From Lentisphaerae bacterium GWF2_49_21 (lineage in GTDB: Bacteria; Verrucomicrobiota; Lentisphaeria; Victivallales; GWF2-50-93): DNA of 64,000 bases. The DNA is taken from NCBI GenBank assembly GCA_001804805.1, contig MHBH01000005.1, positions 124,618 to 188,617 of the forward strand, written 5' to 3'. The position numbers and the translations under genes were made by a program. The notes beneath the pieces were generated by a model. The model searched no databases. It was not told where the DNA came from and worked only from the letters and a program-made list of their open reading frames with translations. Each line of letters begins with the position of its first letter. Within the stretch, counting starts at the first letter, position 1. Positions 1 to 9,450 of this stretch are shown piece after piece.

Positions 1-342
1 GCGCTTTGCATGAAGATGGTCTTGAAAGTCCCGATGTCCCCGAACACCTATGATGCCGACAGCGTCAGGATTTCCGCGCTTTTCGCGCTTATCGATTTTG
101 GCAGGACGGACATTCTTGCCAAGGAGAAGGCCGAGGATATAGCCAAGGCCTTCCTGAGTCCGCCAAAGAATGATTCGGGTTTTGCATCCATGGTCGGCGA
201 CGGGCTCAGGGATTATGCACGCCAGGCCAAGGCATACATGAACAATGAAAAGGTGGGCCAGTTTGAAGTCAAACCGAGGAGCCCCTTGTTCTTAATAGAG
301 GAGCTGAGAAAGAGAAATGAACAGCAACCGCCACCGCAGTGA
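1..342 (+). CDS. 3' part of a hypothetical protein (5'-truncated by window edge)
   Basis: Frame is open from base 1 to the TGA at 340-342 and overlaps the pyrF start. No recognised motif. Confidence 0.55.
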   Translation, partial: ALCMKMVLKVPMSPNTYDADSVRISALFALIDFGRTDILAKEKAEDIAKAFLSPPKNDSGFASMVGDGLRDYARQAKAYMNNEKVGQFEVKPRSPLFLIEELRKRNEQQPPPQ

Positions 343-1048
343 ACTGATAGTCGCACTTGATTTTGAAAGCTTGAAACCGGCTCTGGATTTCGTCGGAACC
401 GCCGGCGATTCGGTGACTTGGTACAAGATTGGCAGCCAGCTTTTCTGCAGCGCCGGTCCTGCTGCCGTTGCAGAACTCAAGGCGAGGGGGAAGAAAGTCT
501 TCCTCGATCTCAAGTTCCATGACATCCCCAATACTGTCGCAGGCGCGGTTGCTGAAGCCGTGAAGATGGGGGCCGACATGGTGAACGTGCACGCCTCGGG
601 CGGCAGGGAGATGATGAAGGCGGCTGTCAAATCCGCCAATGAACGCTCGAAGCTTGGCGCCAGGCCTCTCGTCATCGCCGTCACCGTCCTCACCAGCATG
701 GATGAACTTGCGCTTTCCGATGTCCTCAACCGCAAGGACGCATATGCACCTTCTTCGCATGTCCCGCATCTTGCGAAACTCGCAAAGGATTCGGGCATGG
801 ACGGCGTTGTCGCATCAGCGCATGAGATAGATTTCATCAGGAAAGCCTGTGGAGAGGATTTTGTGCTTGTCATACCGGGGATACGGCCTGCCGACAGCAG
901 CACTGACGACCAGAAGAGGATAATGACTCCCGGCGAAGCCGTGAGGAAGGGAGCCAATTTCCTGGTCGTCGGAAGACCCGTCCTCAAGGCCAAAAATCCG
1001 GCTGAAGCCGCCCTTGCCATCAAGACCGAGATGGAAAAAAACATGTGA
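317..1048 (+). CDS. pyrF: Orotidine-5'-phosphate decarboxylase
   Basis: Motifs LIVALD, FLDLKFHDIPNTV (DxKxxD), VTVLTS, PGIRP, DDQKRIMTP, LVVGRP. Confidence 0.97.
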   Translation: MNSNRHRSELIVALDFESLKPALDFVGTAGDSVTWYKIGSQLFCSAGPAAVAELKARGKKVFLDLKFHDIPNTVAGAVAEAVKMGADMVNVHASGGREMMKAAVKSANERSKLGARPLVIAVTVLTSMDELALSDVLNRKDAYAPSSHVPHLAKLAKDSGMDGVVASAHEIDFIRKACGEDFVLVIPGIRPADSSTDDQKRIMTPGEAVRKGANFLVVGRPVLKAKNPAEAALAIKTEMEKNM

Positions 1049-1152
1049 TTGCCAATTGCCTATTTCCAATTTCCGATTTTAAGTCTAGGAAGGATATGCA
1101 TTTATAATGTAGGAGTTCACAACTTTAGTTGTGTGTATTTTACTTTTCCTGC

Positions 1153-1180
1153 TTGATAAATCGGTCTTGTTTGCTAAAAT
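1153..1180 (+). promoter_or_regulatory. Putative sigma70 promoter for tRNA-Gln
   Basis: TTGATA-16 nt-TAAAAT with an extended -10 TG, ending 16 nt upstream of the tRNA. Confidence 0.5.
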
Positions 1181-1196
1181 ATAGGCCTGTAATATT

Positions 1197-1270
1197 TGCC
1201 CTGTGGTGTAATGGTAGCACAACTGCCTCTGGAGCAGTTTGTCTTGGTTCAAATCCAGGCAGGGCAGCCA
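1197..1270 (+). tRNA. tRNA-Gln (anticodon CTG)
   Basis: Acceptor stem TGCCCTG/CAGGGCA, D arm GTG-TAATGGTAG-CAC, anticodon arm ACTGC-CT-CTG-GA-GCAGT, T arm CTTGG-TTCAAAT-CCAGG, encoded CCA. Confidence 0.97.
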
Positions 1271-1355
1271 CTCATAACATTTTTGATTTGGTGATTGCCG
1301 ATTTATGATTTTTCAAGCTCCGCCCGGCACTGAAATAAATACAGCCGCAGATATT

Positions 1356-1643
1356 TTATTCCAGTTCGAATTCAATTCCGCCTATGAACCTGGAGACTAT
1401 GTTGTAGATGAGGCACATCAGCGCCACGCAGATGAAACCGAAAAACGCATAGATCAATGGCGCAAAGATGAGGAAACTTGCAGTGAATATCCCGGCAAAC
1501 ACCCCTTCCGTCTTTCCAGTCGCAAATCCAATGATTAGCATTATGATGCCGATCGGCGTCAGGAATATCAATGTGGAAATGAAATACATCACCGCCGCCA
1601 GTTTTGCCGTGTTCCAGATACCGAATCTCTTGACTCTTGCCAT
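1356..1643 (-). CDS. Small two-TM membrane protein (DUF3566-like)
   Basis: MARVKRFGIWNTAK start, two long hydrophobic segments, C-terminal YNxxxxxxGGIEFELE; GAGG RBS upstream. Confidence 0.7.
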   Translation of the reverse strand: MARVKRFGIWNTAKLAAVMYFISTLIFLTPIGIIMLIIGFATGKTEGVFAGIFTASFLIFAPLIYAFFGFICVALMCLIYNIVSRFIGGIEFELE

Positions 1644-1737
1644 GTGACACCTCAATAGTAAATTTAATCTGTTTTAAAGAACATTGTTCTTTTATGACAA
1701 TATCAGTTATATTATTTGTTTTCAAGGATGAAAAACC

Positions 1738-2430
1738 ATGCGCTGTTTCTTTTGTGAAAACATTGGCGGAACAAATACACTCGTACAGCTTCCCGAGAGG
1801 GAGGAACGGCACCTGTTTAATACTCTCCGCGGCAGGACAGGCGACACTGTCCAGCTTGTCAACGGGGAGGGGCTCATCGCGACTGCGAGAGTCGCAGAGG
1901 GCAGGAAGCTTTTCGTGTTGGAAGTGGATAAATTTGAAGAGCCGGCAAGAAAGATCCATCTCTTTGTCTCCCCTCCGAAGCATAATAAGATGGACCAGCT
2001 TCTGACGCAGTGCTGCGAAATAGGTGTGTGGAGCATTACTTTTATCATAATGGAGCATTCTGTGGTCCGTCCGGACGAAGGCGATGTGTCTGAAAAATGG
2101 AATATCCACCTGATGGAAGGATGCAAGCAGTCGAAGAATCCGTTCATGCCGGAACTCGGAAATGTAATTTCATTTTCCACGATGGTTGATGATATTGGGC
2201 GTAGGAAACTACAAGCTTTCTATGGGGCTGTCAAAGGAGAGCTTCCGGATGATCCTGAGGGAAAACCGGGCTCCGAACTTGCCTGGATAGTCGGGCCAGA
2301 AGGCGGATTCAGCCAGCCGGAAGAAGACAGGATGAGAGCAGCCAGATTCATTCCATTTAATATTGGCAGATGGGTGATGAGGACGGAGACGGCAGCAGTC
2401 GCGGGCGCGGCGTTGCTGATGGGCAGATGA
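1738..2430 (+). CDS. rsmE: 16S rRNA m3U1498 methyltransferase RsmE
   Basis: HLFNTLR, CCEIGV, EGCKQS, IVGPEGGFS, MRTETAA SPOUT motifs. Confidence 0.93.
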   Translation: MRCFFCENIGGTNTLVQLPEREERHLFNTLRGRTGDTVQLVNGEGLIATARVAEGRKLFVLEVDKFEEPARKIHLFVSPPKHNKMDQLLTQCCEIGVWSITFIIMEHSVVRPDEGDVSEKWNIHLMEGCKQSKNPFMPELGNVISFSTMVDDIGRRKLQAFYGAVKGELPDDPEGKPGSELAWIVGPEGGFSQPEEDRMRAARFIPFNIGRWVMRTETAAVAGAALLMGR

Positions 2431-2910
2431 TGGATGCTTGGATTGTTGAAATCAGAAGAAATATTATCGCACAAAGGCACAAAGCCGCATAGGAATAAAG
2501 ATAAGCAAAAATTTTCGGAAAAGAGTCTGAGAAAGAACCCGTCCCGAGATCTTACAGACCCGGGATCTCCGATTTTCAAAAGGGTTTGTCTCAGCCCGAG
2601 CAAGAATGCTAAGGGAAAATAAACTTGATGACTTTCTTCGTGGTCTTCGGCCTGTTGCGGCGTAGCCTTGGCGAAGATGGATCTTCTTCGTGGTGGAAGC
2701 ATTTCCCGGCTCCTACAGGCCTGGATCTTCGACTTTGTGGCTCAGTGGCTTAGTGCGAGGAAATGAATTTAGAATTTTAATCGGAAACCGGGAATGGATT
2801 GGGATATGAAAATATTTAAAAATCAATATTTGAAAAATAATATTCATTTGTATTATGCCAATATTCTTGCATACGCAACCATCCATCAATCCATTCATCC
2901 AATCATCCAA
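2426..2910. repeat. Composite intergenic repeat region: nested inverted 8-mer tandem-repeat brackets plus three hairpin micro-inserts
   Basis: TGGATGCT/TGGATTGT units (2426-2450) are inverted to ATCCATCA/ATCCATTC/ATCCAATC units (2881-2910). 2467-2493 is inverted to 2733-2758. Inserts at 2542-2572, 2651-2681 and 2704-2733. Confidence 0.7.
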
Positions 2911-2936
2911 GGGGTGTTCCTGAATTGCGGTGCAAG

Positions 2937-4652
2937 ATGCTGAATACAAGACTTTCGATGCATGGGGTGAAAAACTTCTCCAGGATAAAACTTTTGATTC
3001 TATTCCTGATTCTCTTCGCCACCGTGCCACTTGCTTATTGCCTCTACACCGGCCACATGTGGGAGGATTTCTTCATAACCTTCAAGTTCAGCAAGAACTT
3101 CTGCGATGGGGAAGGGCTGGTATATACGCCCGGGGAAAAAGTCCATGGCTTCACTTCGCCCCTCGGAGTCATTCTTCCGGCATTCTGCTATCTTGTGACA
3201 GGTTCGGACTCCTATGAGAAGGCGGTCTGGCTTTTCAGGATTATTTTCTGCATTCCGGCATTTGTGGCGGCGGGATATTTCATGATCTCGGTTTTCCTCT
3301 CGGAGGACACCGACCATAAGATGATACCAGTTGTGTTCGCCGGGCTCCTTTTCACCTCTGAGGCCAAGTCCGTTGTCTTTTCTGTGAACGGGATGGAAAC
3401 AGCCTTGATGCTTTTTTTCCTGGCATGGGCTTTCTATCTCATGAGCAGGGATAAGTTCAGCTGGTTGAATGTCGGCGTCGCCTGGGGAGGGTTGATGTGG
3501 ACCCGGCCGGATTCCTGTGTCTACATTGCGGCATTGACAGTTTCATTCCTTGCGTTCAGAAAAAATTCCACATTGAAGGGAATGATAGCGCCAGTCCTGA
3601 AGGCCGCGGCAGTAACAACCGTCATTTATCTCCCATGGTTTATATGGTCATGGTGGTATTATGGTTCGCCAGTTCCACACACGGTACTTGCCAAGAATGC
3701 CATGAACGGGCCAATTGATCTTCTTGGAGTGGTGATGCAGATTCTTACTCATCTTTTCAAGGCGGCCTCATGGGTTTATGCGCCTGTCTATCCGCATTTT
3801 GCGGGATGGAATCCCATTATCTATATCTTCTCGGGATCTGCCGGCATATTTGCCTCCGTCTACTGGCTTCTTCCATGGGCGCGTGGCGACAGGCTCGGAC
3901 GTATCGCATCACTGGCCTTTTTCATAGTCATGATCTACTTTGCAAGCCTGCCATTCCCGTATCCCTGGTATTTTCCACCCGCGGCAATACTCGGGATAAT
4001 TGTCTTCGTCAGGGGGTTTTTCACCCTGTCAGGGCATTTCAAGACACAGGAGAACCGCTTCACAGTTCCTGTCATTGCATTGTCGGGCTTTTTCCTGGTA
4101 ATGATGACGACTCTGCTTCTGACCTCATACGAAATGATGCTGCAGCAGAAATATATTGAGAACGGCACCAGGAAGAAAATCGGCGAATGGCTTGGTGCGA
4201 ATACCAGGAAGGACGACAGGATATATCTCGAAGCCCTCGGTTATATCGGATATTTCAGTGACAGGAAGATGCTTGATTATCCGGGGCTTGTCTCGCCGGA
4301 GGTCGTAGAACTGGTGAAAAAGGAGAGGCTGAACTACTTTACGCTTATAGAGAGGCTCAGGCCTGAATGGGTTGTTGTCCGCATACTGGAACACTGGAAC
4401 CTTATAACACAGTCAGCTTATTTCAAGAAGAACTATGAAGTCGTGATCATTTTCGATTCCACTGACGCGCTCGGGAACCTCGGATACATACCCGGCGAGG
4501 GATACCTCCTGTATGATTCATACTATTATATTTCCAGGAGAAGGAATGACGGAGATCCTGTCATCATGGAAAGGAAGCTGCCACAGATGAAAAAGGATAG
4601 AAAGAACGGGGAGGGCTCCGTAACCACACAGGTGGTGCCTGACGTTAAATGA
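2937..4652 (+). CDS. Multi-TM GT-C-type glycosyltransferase-like membrane protein
   Basis: N-terminal WEDFFITFKFSKN..GEGLVY..GE.VHGFTSPL (DDAYI-like motif), GMET, TRPD, YYGSPVPHT, about 11 TM segments, periplasmic C-terminus with GYIGYFS and DYPGLVSP. Confidence 0.7.
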   Translation: MLNTRLSMHGVKNFSRIKLLILFLILFATVPLAYCLYTGHMWEDFFITFKFSKNFCDGEGLVYTPGEKVHGFTSPLGVILPAFCYLVTGSDSYEKAVWLFRIIFCIPAFVAAGYFMISVFLSEDTDHKMIPVVFAGLLFTSEAKSVVFSVNGMETALMLFFLAWAFYLMSRDKFSWLNVGVAWGGLMWTRPDSCVYIAALTVSFLAFRKNSTLKGMIAPVLKAAAVTTVIYLPWFIWSWWYYGSPVPHTVLAKNAMNGPIDLLGVVMQILTHLFKAASWVYAPVYPHFAGWNPIIYIFSGSAGIFASVYWLLPWARGDRLGRIASLAFFIVMIYFASLPFPYPWYFPPAAILGIIVFVRGFFTLSGHFKTQENRFTVPVIALSGFFLVMMTTLLLTSYEMMLQQKYIENGTRKKIGEWLGANTRKDDRIYLEALGYIGYFSDRKMLDYPGLVSPEVVELVKKERLNYFTLIERLRPEWVVVRILEHWNLITQSAYFKKNYEVVIIFDSTDALGNLGYIPGEGYLLYDSYYYISRRRNDGDPVIMERKLPQMKKDRKNGEGSVTTQVVPDVK

Positions 4653-5881
4653 AGCATTATCTTGCCATTAAAAAAAGATTTTCAAATGTCCACCGTGACA
4701 TCTGGCTTTTCCTGTCCGCCATTGCGATAATCGGCTTTTCAGGACAGATGATTGAATCTGTCTTCAATAATTTCCTGAGTGAAACCTACCAGCTCAAGCC
4801 TCTGGAGAGGAGCATACTCGAGCTCCCCAGGGAACTCCCTGGATTTGCGGTTGCGTTTGTCTCGGCGCTGCTGTTTTTCCTGCCGGGCCGCCGTCTTGCC
4901 GCCTTTGCAATGCTCCTCCAGGCAATCGGACTCGTCCTGCTTGCATTCTGTGCATCGTCTTTTTCAATCATGCTCATATGGCTCTTCATCATGAGCCTTG
5001 GAATGCATCTTTTCATCTCCCTGCATAACAGCATCGGAATGGAGCTCGCACGTGAAGGGCATGAGGGCAGACGGCTCGGTCAGATTAGCAGCATCAGGAA
5101 TTTTGCGGCGATAGCAGGAAGCTTACTCGTGTATGTCGGATTCAAATACCTGGGGCTGAGCTTTGCCGCCTCATTCATCATATGCGCCGCCGTGCTTCTG
5201 GTGGCGGCGGTATGTTTCATGTCCATGACCCCGATGCCTGCCCATAAGGCGCATCTGCATCTGAAGCTGCACAAGGAATACAAGTTGTTCTACTGGCTGA
5301 GCGTCCTGTATGGGACCCGCAAGCAGATATTCATAACTTTTGCCCCGTGGGTGCTTGTCACTGTCTATGGAAAGCCCACTGAGGTCATAGCATATTTCTT
5401 CACGATTGGAGGCATAGCCGGAATTTTCATCCAGCCGCTGCTTGGCTGGATGATCGACCATATGGGTGAAAGATTTGTCCTGTCATTTGAAGGTGTGAGC
5501 CTGGTGTTCATATGTCTTGGTTATGGATTTGCGAAATCCATATTTCCGGAGGGCAATACGGCATATTACATCGCGGCGACCTGTTTTGTGCTTGACATGA
5601 TCCTGATATCCGCCAGCATGGCCAGGGCTACCTACCTGAAGAAGATAGCCGTCCATCCATCCCATGTGGCGCCAACCCTTACGATGGGAGTCACGATCGA
5701 CCACGCATTTTCCATATTGATATCCATTGCATGCGGCGTCATCTGGTATAAATTGGGTTTTCAGTATGTTTTCCTTGTAGGAATGCTGATCGCGATAACT
5801 TATTTCTTCTCGGTCATGGCGATACGGATTCCTGGGAAGGCGAAAAACGTGGAGATGGAACCGCAGCCGACCGGAGATTGA
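4649..5881 (+). CDS. MFS transporter
   Basis: 410 aa with about 12 hydrophobic helices; GWMIDHMGER resembles MFS motif A; ATGA overlap with the upstream gene. Confidence 0.88.
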   Translation: MKHYLAIKKRFSNVHRDIWLFLSAIAIIGFSGQMIESVFNNFLSETYQLKPLERSILELPRELPGFAVAFVSALLFFLPGRRLAAFAMLLQAIGLVLLAFCASSFSIMLIWLFIMSLGMHLFISLHNSIGMELAREGHEGRRLGQISSIRNFAAIAGSLLVYVGFKYLGLSFAASFIICAAVLLVAAVCFMSMTPMPAHKAHLHLKLHKEYKLFYWLSVLYGTRKQIFITFAPWVLVTVYGKPTEVIAYFFTIGGIAGIFIQPLLGWMIDHMGERFVLSFEGVSLVFICLGYGFAKSIFPEGNTAYYIAATCFVLDMILISASMARATYLKKIAVHPSHVAPTLTMGVTIDHAFSILISIACGVIWYKLGFQYVFLVGMLIAITYFFSVMAIRIPGKAKNVEMEPQPTGD

Positions 5882-5941
5882 ATTGCCGGCAAGATGCCAG
5901 CGCTCCGTAAGTCATAAAATTTTACGAAGGAAAATTTTATT

Positions 5942-7087
5942 ATGAAAAGATATGATGTGATAGTTGCCGGTGCCGGCGTAGCGGGAATCGCAGCCGCGCT
6001 CGAATGCGCAAGGTCAGGAATGAAGACGGCGCTTGTTGAAAAGACGATACTTCCAGGAGGACTCGCCACTTCCGGAATGGTGAACATATATCTGCCGCTG
6101 TGTGATGGAAAAGGCAGGCAGGTGATTCATGGGATCTCCGAGGAGCTGCTCAAGGCCAGCATAAAGTATTGTCCCGGTTCAATTCCCGCAGGCTGGGGAG
6201 GAGTTCCAGGGGAAAAGGACAAACGCTACTTGGCAGTCTTCAACCCATCGGCCTGCGTACTCGCGTTTGACGAGTTGCTGGAACAGAAGAACCTGGACAT
6301 TTGGTATGACACCCAGATCAGCGGTGCAGCTGTGAAAGGATCAAAACTCACCTCCTTGGAGGTGCTGAACAAGAGCGGGAAACTGATGCTGGAAGCCGGC
6401 TGCTTCATCGATGCCACCGGCGACGCAGACATTGCGAACTTCGCAGGAGCGGAATGCGAGGAGGGAAGCAACAGCCTGTCGCTATGGGCCATGAATGCGT
6501 ATCCCGACAAGCAAGGGGCCGCTGTCGCCATGATCCGTTTTGGCGCCGATGACTCGGGCAGGGGGCATCCAAAGAATGCACCTGTGCTCAAAGGCACCAG
6601 CGGAAAGGACACCACCACCTTCGTGCTGGAAAGCCGGAAGCTCCTGCGGAATCATTATGCTAACCTGAAGGACGGGCGTACCAGGGAAACTGAATATCCA
6701 GTATGTCTTCCGACTATGGCGCAGTTCCGGACTACTAGGAAGATCAAAGGCCTGGCTTCGGTCAGGAATGATGCATTCAACAAGAACATTGATGATTCCG
6801 TCGGGATTATTCCGGAATGGCGTTTTGCCGGCAAGACATGGGAAGTCCCGTATGGCTCCCTGATTCCTGTGAAAATCAAAGGATTGCTTGCGGTCGGCAG
6901 ATGTATGGATGCGGAAAAAGGCGATGCATGGAATGTCGCACGCGTAATCCCATGTGCGGCTCTTACCGGACAAGTTGCCGGGATCTCGGCAGTGTTATCC
7001 GTGGAACATGAGACTTCTCCAGATAATATTGACCTGAAGGATATACGGAACGTCCTTGACAAAAGAGGCATATTGTATCATCTTTAA
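5942..7087 (+). CDS. FAD-dependent oxidoreductase (FAD_oxidored family)
   Basis: DVIVAGAGVAG Rossmann motif, GGLATSG, FIDATGDAD, VPYGSLIP, GLLAVGRC. Confidence 0.9.
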   Translation: MKRYDVIVAGAGVAGIAAALECARSGMKTALVEKTILPGGLATSGMVNIYLPLCDGKGRQVIHGISEELLKASIKYCPGSIPAGWGGVPGEKDKRYLAVFNPSACVLAFDELLEQKNLDIWYDTQISGAAVKGSKLTSLEVLNKSGKLMLEAGCFIDATGDADIANFAGAECEEGSNSLSLWAMNAYPDKQGAAVAMIRFGADDSGRGHPKNAPVLKGTSGKDTTTFVLESRKLLRNHYANLKDGRTRETEYPVCLPTMAQFRTTRKIKGLASVRNDAFNKNIDDSVGIIPEWRFAGKTWEVPYGSLIPVKIKGLLAVGRCMDAEKGDAWNVARVIPCAALTGQVAGISAVLSVEHETSPDNIDLKDIRNVLDKRGILYHL

Positions 7088-7116
7088 AAAAAGCATCAAA
7101 AAAGGAGGCATGAAAG

Positions 7117-7545
7117 ATGAAGAAGCTGTTTTTGGCGATGTGCACTGCAATGATACTGGTCGCTGTTTCCGGCTGCTGCAGCAAAGTCTGTGGCCTTAGC
7201 GGAGCCGATGCGGAAGGCGTAAAGACGGTTGGGACGGAAGAGATGCAGAAAATTGTTGAAAAGAAGACCGCATTGATCTTCGATGCGAGATCTGTTAAAT
7301 ATGATACCGGTGAGAGAATCCCGGGAGCAAGGGTCATTTCCACTGAAACTTCATCCGAAGATGTTGCCAATGCCATCATGGGCAAGAATGCGGCAGTCGT
7401 CCTCTACTGCAGCAGCACGAAATGCCCGGCCAGCGGAAATCTCGCAGCCTACCTGAAAAAGCTTGGATATACGAACATCACTGTTTATCCTGAAGGAATA
7501 GAAGGCTGGAAGGCCGCCGGCAACAAGATCGAAAAGCCGGAATAA
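7117..7545 (+). CDS. Rhodanese-domain lipoprotein
   Basis: Signal peptide with lipobox VSGC; IFDARS..Y..ERIPGA, LYCSSTKC, LGYTNI.VYPEGIEGW; GGAGG RBS. Confidence 0.88.
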   Translation: MKKLFLAMCTAMILVAVSGCCSKVCGLSGADAEGVKTVGTEEMQKIVEKKTALIFDARSVKYDTGERIPGARVISTETSSEDVANAIMGKNAAVVLYCSSTKCPASGNLAAYLKKLGYTNITVYPEGIEGWKAAGNKIEKPE

Positions 7546-7632
7546 TGGTACGTATTCAGTAAACTATGCCGTTTGCTTAATCCGTACTAAAAATAAAATG
7601 CAAAATCACTCTTTTTATGATTTTCTGATTTC

Positions 7633-7665
7633 ACGCGGGGCGAAAAAACGCCCCGCGTTTTTTTT
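7633..7665 (+). terminator. Rho-independent terminator
   Basis: ACGCGGGGCG-AAAAAA-CGCCCCGCGT perfect 10-bp stem followed by a T tract, downstream of the rhodanese gene. Confidence 0.85.
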
Positions 7666-7685
7666 GCTCAATTGAAATTAAGAAT

Positions 7686-7755
7686 GTAGCACAGGCATCC
7701 TTCGATAAACTCCTCTCGATTGCACTCGAGACAGGCAGGAAAGGTCTTGCCTGTG
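7686..7755. repeat. GTAG-type REP carrying a doubly nested micro-insertion
   Basis: GTAGCACAGGCA|insert 7698-7744|TCTTGCCTGTG; the uninterrupted form GTAGCACAGGCCTCTTGCCTGTG is at 22796. Confidence 0.8.
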
Positions 7756-7770
7756 ATTGAGATGTTAATA

Positions 7771-7960
7771 TGAGGCAATTTCAAAATGCCTCTTTTAAGC
7801 TGATTTCAAAAGTTGGAGTGCGCTGCTTTAGCGTGTTTAACCTGTTGTCGAAGATCCCGGCCCCAAAGGGTGTCGGGAAATACCAAGACACGCTGAAGCT
7901 GTGAACTCCAACAGGCGTTATTCCCGCAACAAATGTTTTTCGTATTTTTGTAATCAGCTC
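7771..7960. mobile_element. MITE-like repeat family A, copy 1
   Basis: Inverted ends AGCTGATTTCAAAA / TTTTTGTAATCAGCT around a GTTGGAG...CTCCAAC REP doublet; similar copies at 9184-9390 and 40150-40338. Confidence 0.75.
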
Positions 7961-8012
7961 AATATAAGAATCATTACCGGCGGGACGCCAGCGCTACATG
8001 CTGCGGAATTAC

Positions 8013-8074
8013 TTCGAAATTCAGAGTTCAATATTCAGTATTCGATATTATACATTCAGTGTTCGAAGTTCAGG
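8013..8074. repeat. Degenerate 7-mer tandem repeat (TTCRRNN x about 9)
   Basis: ttcgaaa ttcagag ttcaata ttcagta ttcgata ttataca ttcagtg ttcgaag ttcagg. Confidence 0.75.
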
Positions 8075-9089
8075 ATTTCTCCATGATCGTTATCCTGATC
8101 TTGAATTCGCAGGTCTCACCTGGCTTCAAGATTTTCAGCGACTTGAACTTCTTCTTCTCCGCGGTCTGGCCTTCTACATGGCAGTTTGCAGGCTCGAGAC
8201 CTACGACATATTCGCCTTCGCCTGTCATTTTCCATTCCGTGAAAAATGGCAGCTCCTTCTTCCTGTAGGCGACTTCGAAGTCGAGTCCGAGCTTCGGATT
8301 TGAAAGCGTGCATCTGGCGAAACCGTCCCTGTCGGCAGGGATGTCATGATAGAAGCACTGTTCCTTGAAGTTCTTGATAGGCGCATCGAACTTGTTCCAT
8401 TCCTTGATTCCCTTTGCGGCGACTTCATCTCTTGGAACAACGCTGTGCCCCTTTGCCTTTATTACGGAATTTTCCGAGAGCATCGGGAATCCGATGTTTA
8501 TATGGTAGAGAAGCATCAGAGGGGAATTCTTGAAACCATCATTCCTTACGGAATCTGCGATTTCAAAGGTATTCGAGCCGAGAGCTGTCGAAACAGTTCG
8601 TCGCAGAAGAAGATTTTCACCGAACATCCTGGATTCCCTGACATCACCGGAAACCGAGATGAGGAATTTTCCATTCACCCATTCCTGTTGGCAGACGATG
8701 TTTTCCGCCGGAGTGTTTGAGAGGAGTCCATGCAGTGAAAGTTTTTCAACTGGATCAGGGGCGCCTGCGCCGATCATTCCGCAGCCGGTGACAAGTCCGC
8801 CGCCCCAGTTTCTCAGCCAACCAAGCGGGGACGGATCGTAAAACGAAGGATGTGAATAGCCTGTCGGAGTTATGAATGCAAGACCAATCCCCTTGTAGCT
8901 GGCGTGCTGGATGTCCATACCGCGGTCGGGCACGACAGTGAAGGCGAGTCCGCTTCCCGTGTATACTTCCGCGATTCTCATTCCACGGCCTTTGCCGTCG
9001 GAGAGCACGGATTGCCTGATGCCTGCTATCTGGCTGATCGAACCTGTTAGTTTCTTTATTTCATTCTTGGAAAAACTTGAGTAGTCCAT
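8070..9089 (-). CDS. Aldose 1-epimerase family protein (DUF4432-like)
   Basis: GLAFTVVPDRGMDI, GGLVTGCG, LHG, LLYHINIGFP, FTEWKM..GEYVVGLEPANC; start taken at MDYSSF. Confidence 0.85.
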   Translation of the reverse strand: MDYSSFSKNEIKKLTGSISQIAGIRQSVLSDGKGRGMRIAEVYTGSGLAFTVVPDRGMDIQHASYKGIGLAFITPTGYSHPSFYDPSPLGWLRNWGGGLVTGCGMIGAGAPDPVEKLSLHGLLSNTPAENIVCQQEWVNGKFLISVSGDVRESRMFGENLLLRRTVSTALGSNTFEIADSVRNDGFKNSPLMLLYHINIGFPMLSENSVIKAKGHSVVPRDEVAAKGIKEWNKFDAPIKNFKEQCFYHDIPADRDGFARCTLSNPKLGLDFEVAYRKKELPFFTEWKMTGEGEYVVGLEPANCHVEGQTAEKKKFKSLKILKPGETCEFKIRITIMEKS

Positions 9090-9183
9090 TGTCCCTTCCG
9101 TTTGATTAAATGCAGAAAACATTAAAATAAATCCTGGAACTTGTTACACAACTCAAAAACGGTTTGTTGTGTGGGTAATTCTT

Positions 9184-9390
9184 GTTGGAGTACAAGTTTT
9201 AGCTTGCTTAAGTTGGAGATGCGCTGTCCAGACATCGCTGAGCCGGGATCTTCGACTTTAGCGTGTGTGACCTGTTGTCGAAGATCCCGGCCCAGGAGGG
9301 CGTCGGGAAATACCAAGACACGCTGAAGCTGTGAACTCCAACAAGCATTATTCCCGCAACAAACGTATTTCGTATTTTTGAAATCAGCTC
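9184..9390. mobile_element. MITE-like repeat family A, copy 2 (left end lost, extra inverted micro-insert)
   Basis: Near-identical to the right part of 7812-7960, ending TTTTTGAAATCAGCTC; extra 29-30 nt insert at 9227-9256. Confidence 0.75.
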
Positions 9391-9394
9391 AGCT

Positions 9395-9424
9395 AAAAAA
9401 AAGCCTGCCGGTTAGGGCAGGCTT
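9395..9424 (-). terminator. Rho-independent terminator of the RRM gene
   Basis: AAGCCTGCC-GGTTAG-GGCAGGCTT hairpin with an A8 run on + (U tract on -), just past the RRM stop. Confidence 0.85.
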
Positions 9425-9450
9425 GTAATTTTAAATAAATAAGACAGGTA

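Noticed and set aside
1197-1660. Genomic island integrated at tRNA-Gln
   Set aside because: No integrase follows the tRNA, I saw no duplicated tRNA 3' end, and the housekeeping gene rsmE follows closely.
2434-2702. Short ORFs over intergenic repeats (also 7901-8086, 9122-9326, 40295-40486, 43089-43367, 49034-49309, 62472-62732)
   Set aside because: They are translations of palindromic repeat DNA with no RBS or protein-like features.
7056-7081. TTGACA...TATCAT promoter for the rhodanese gene
   Set aside because: The spacing is only 14 nt, so it is not supportable as a sigma70 promoter.
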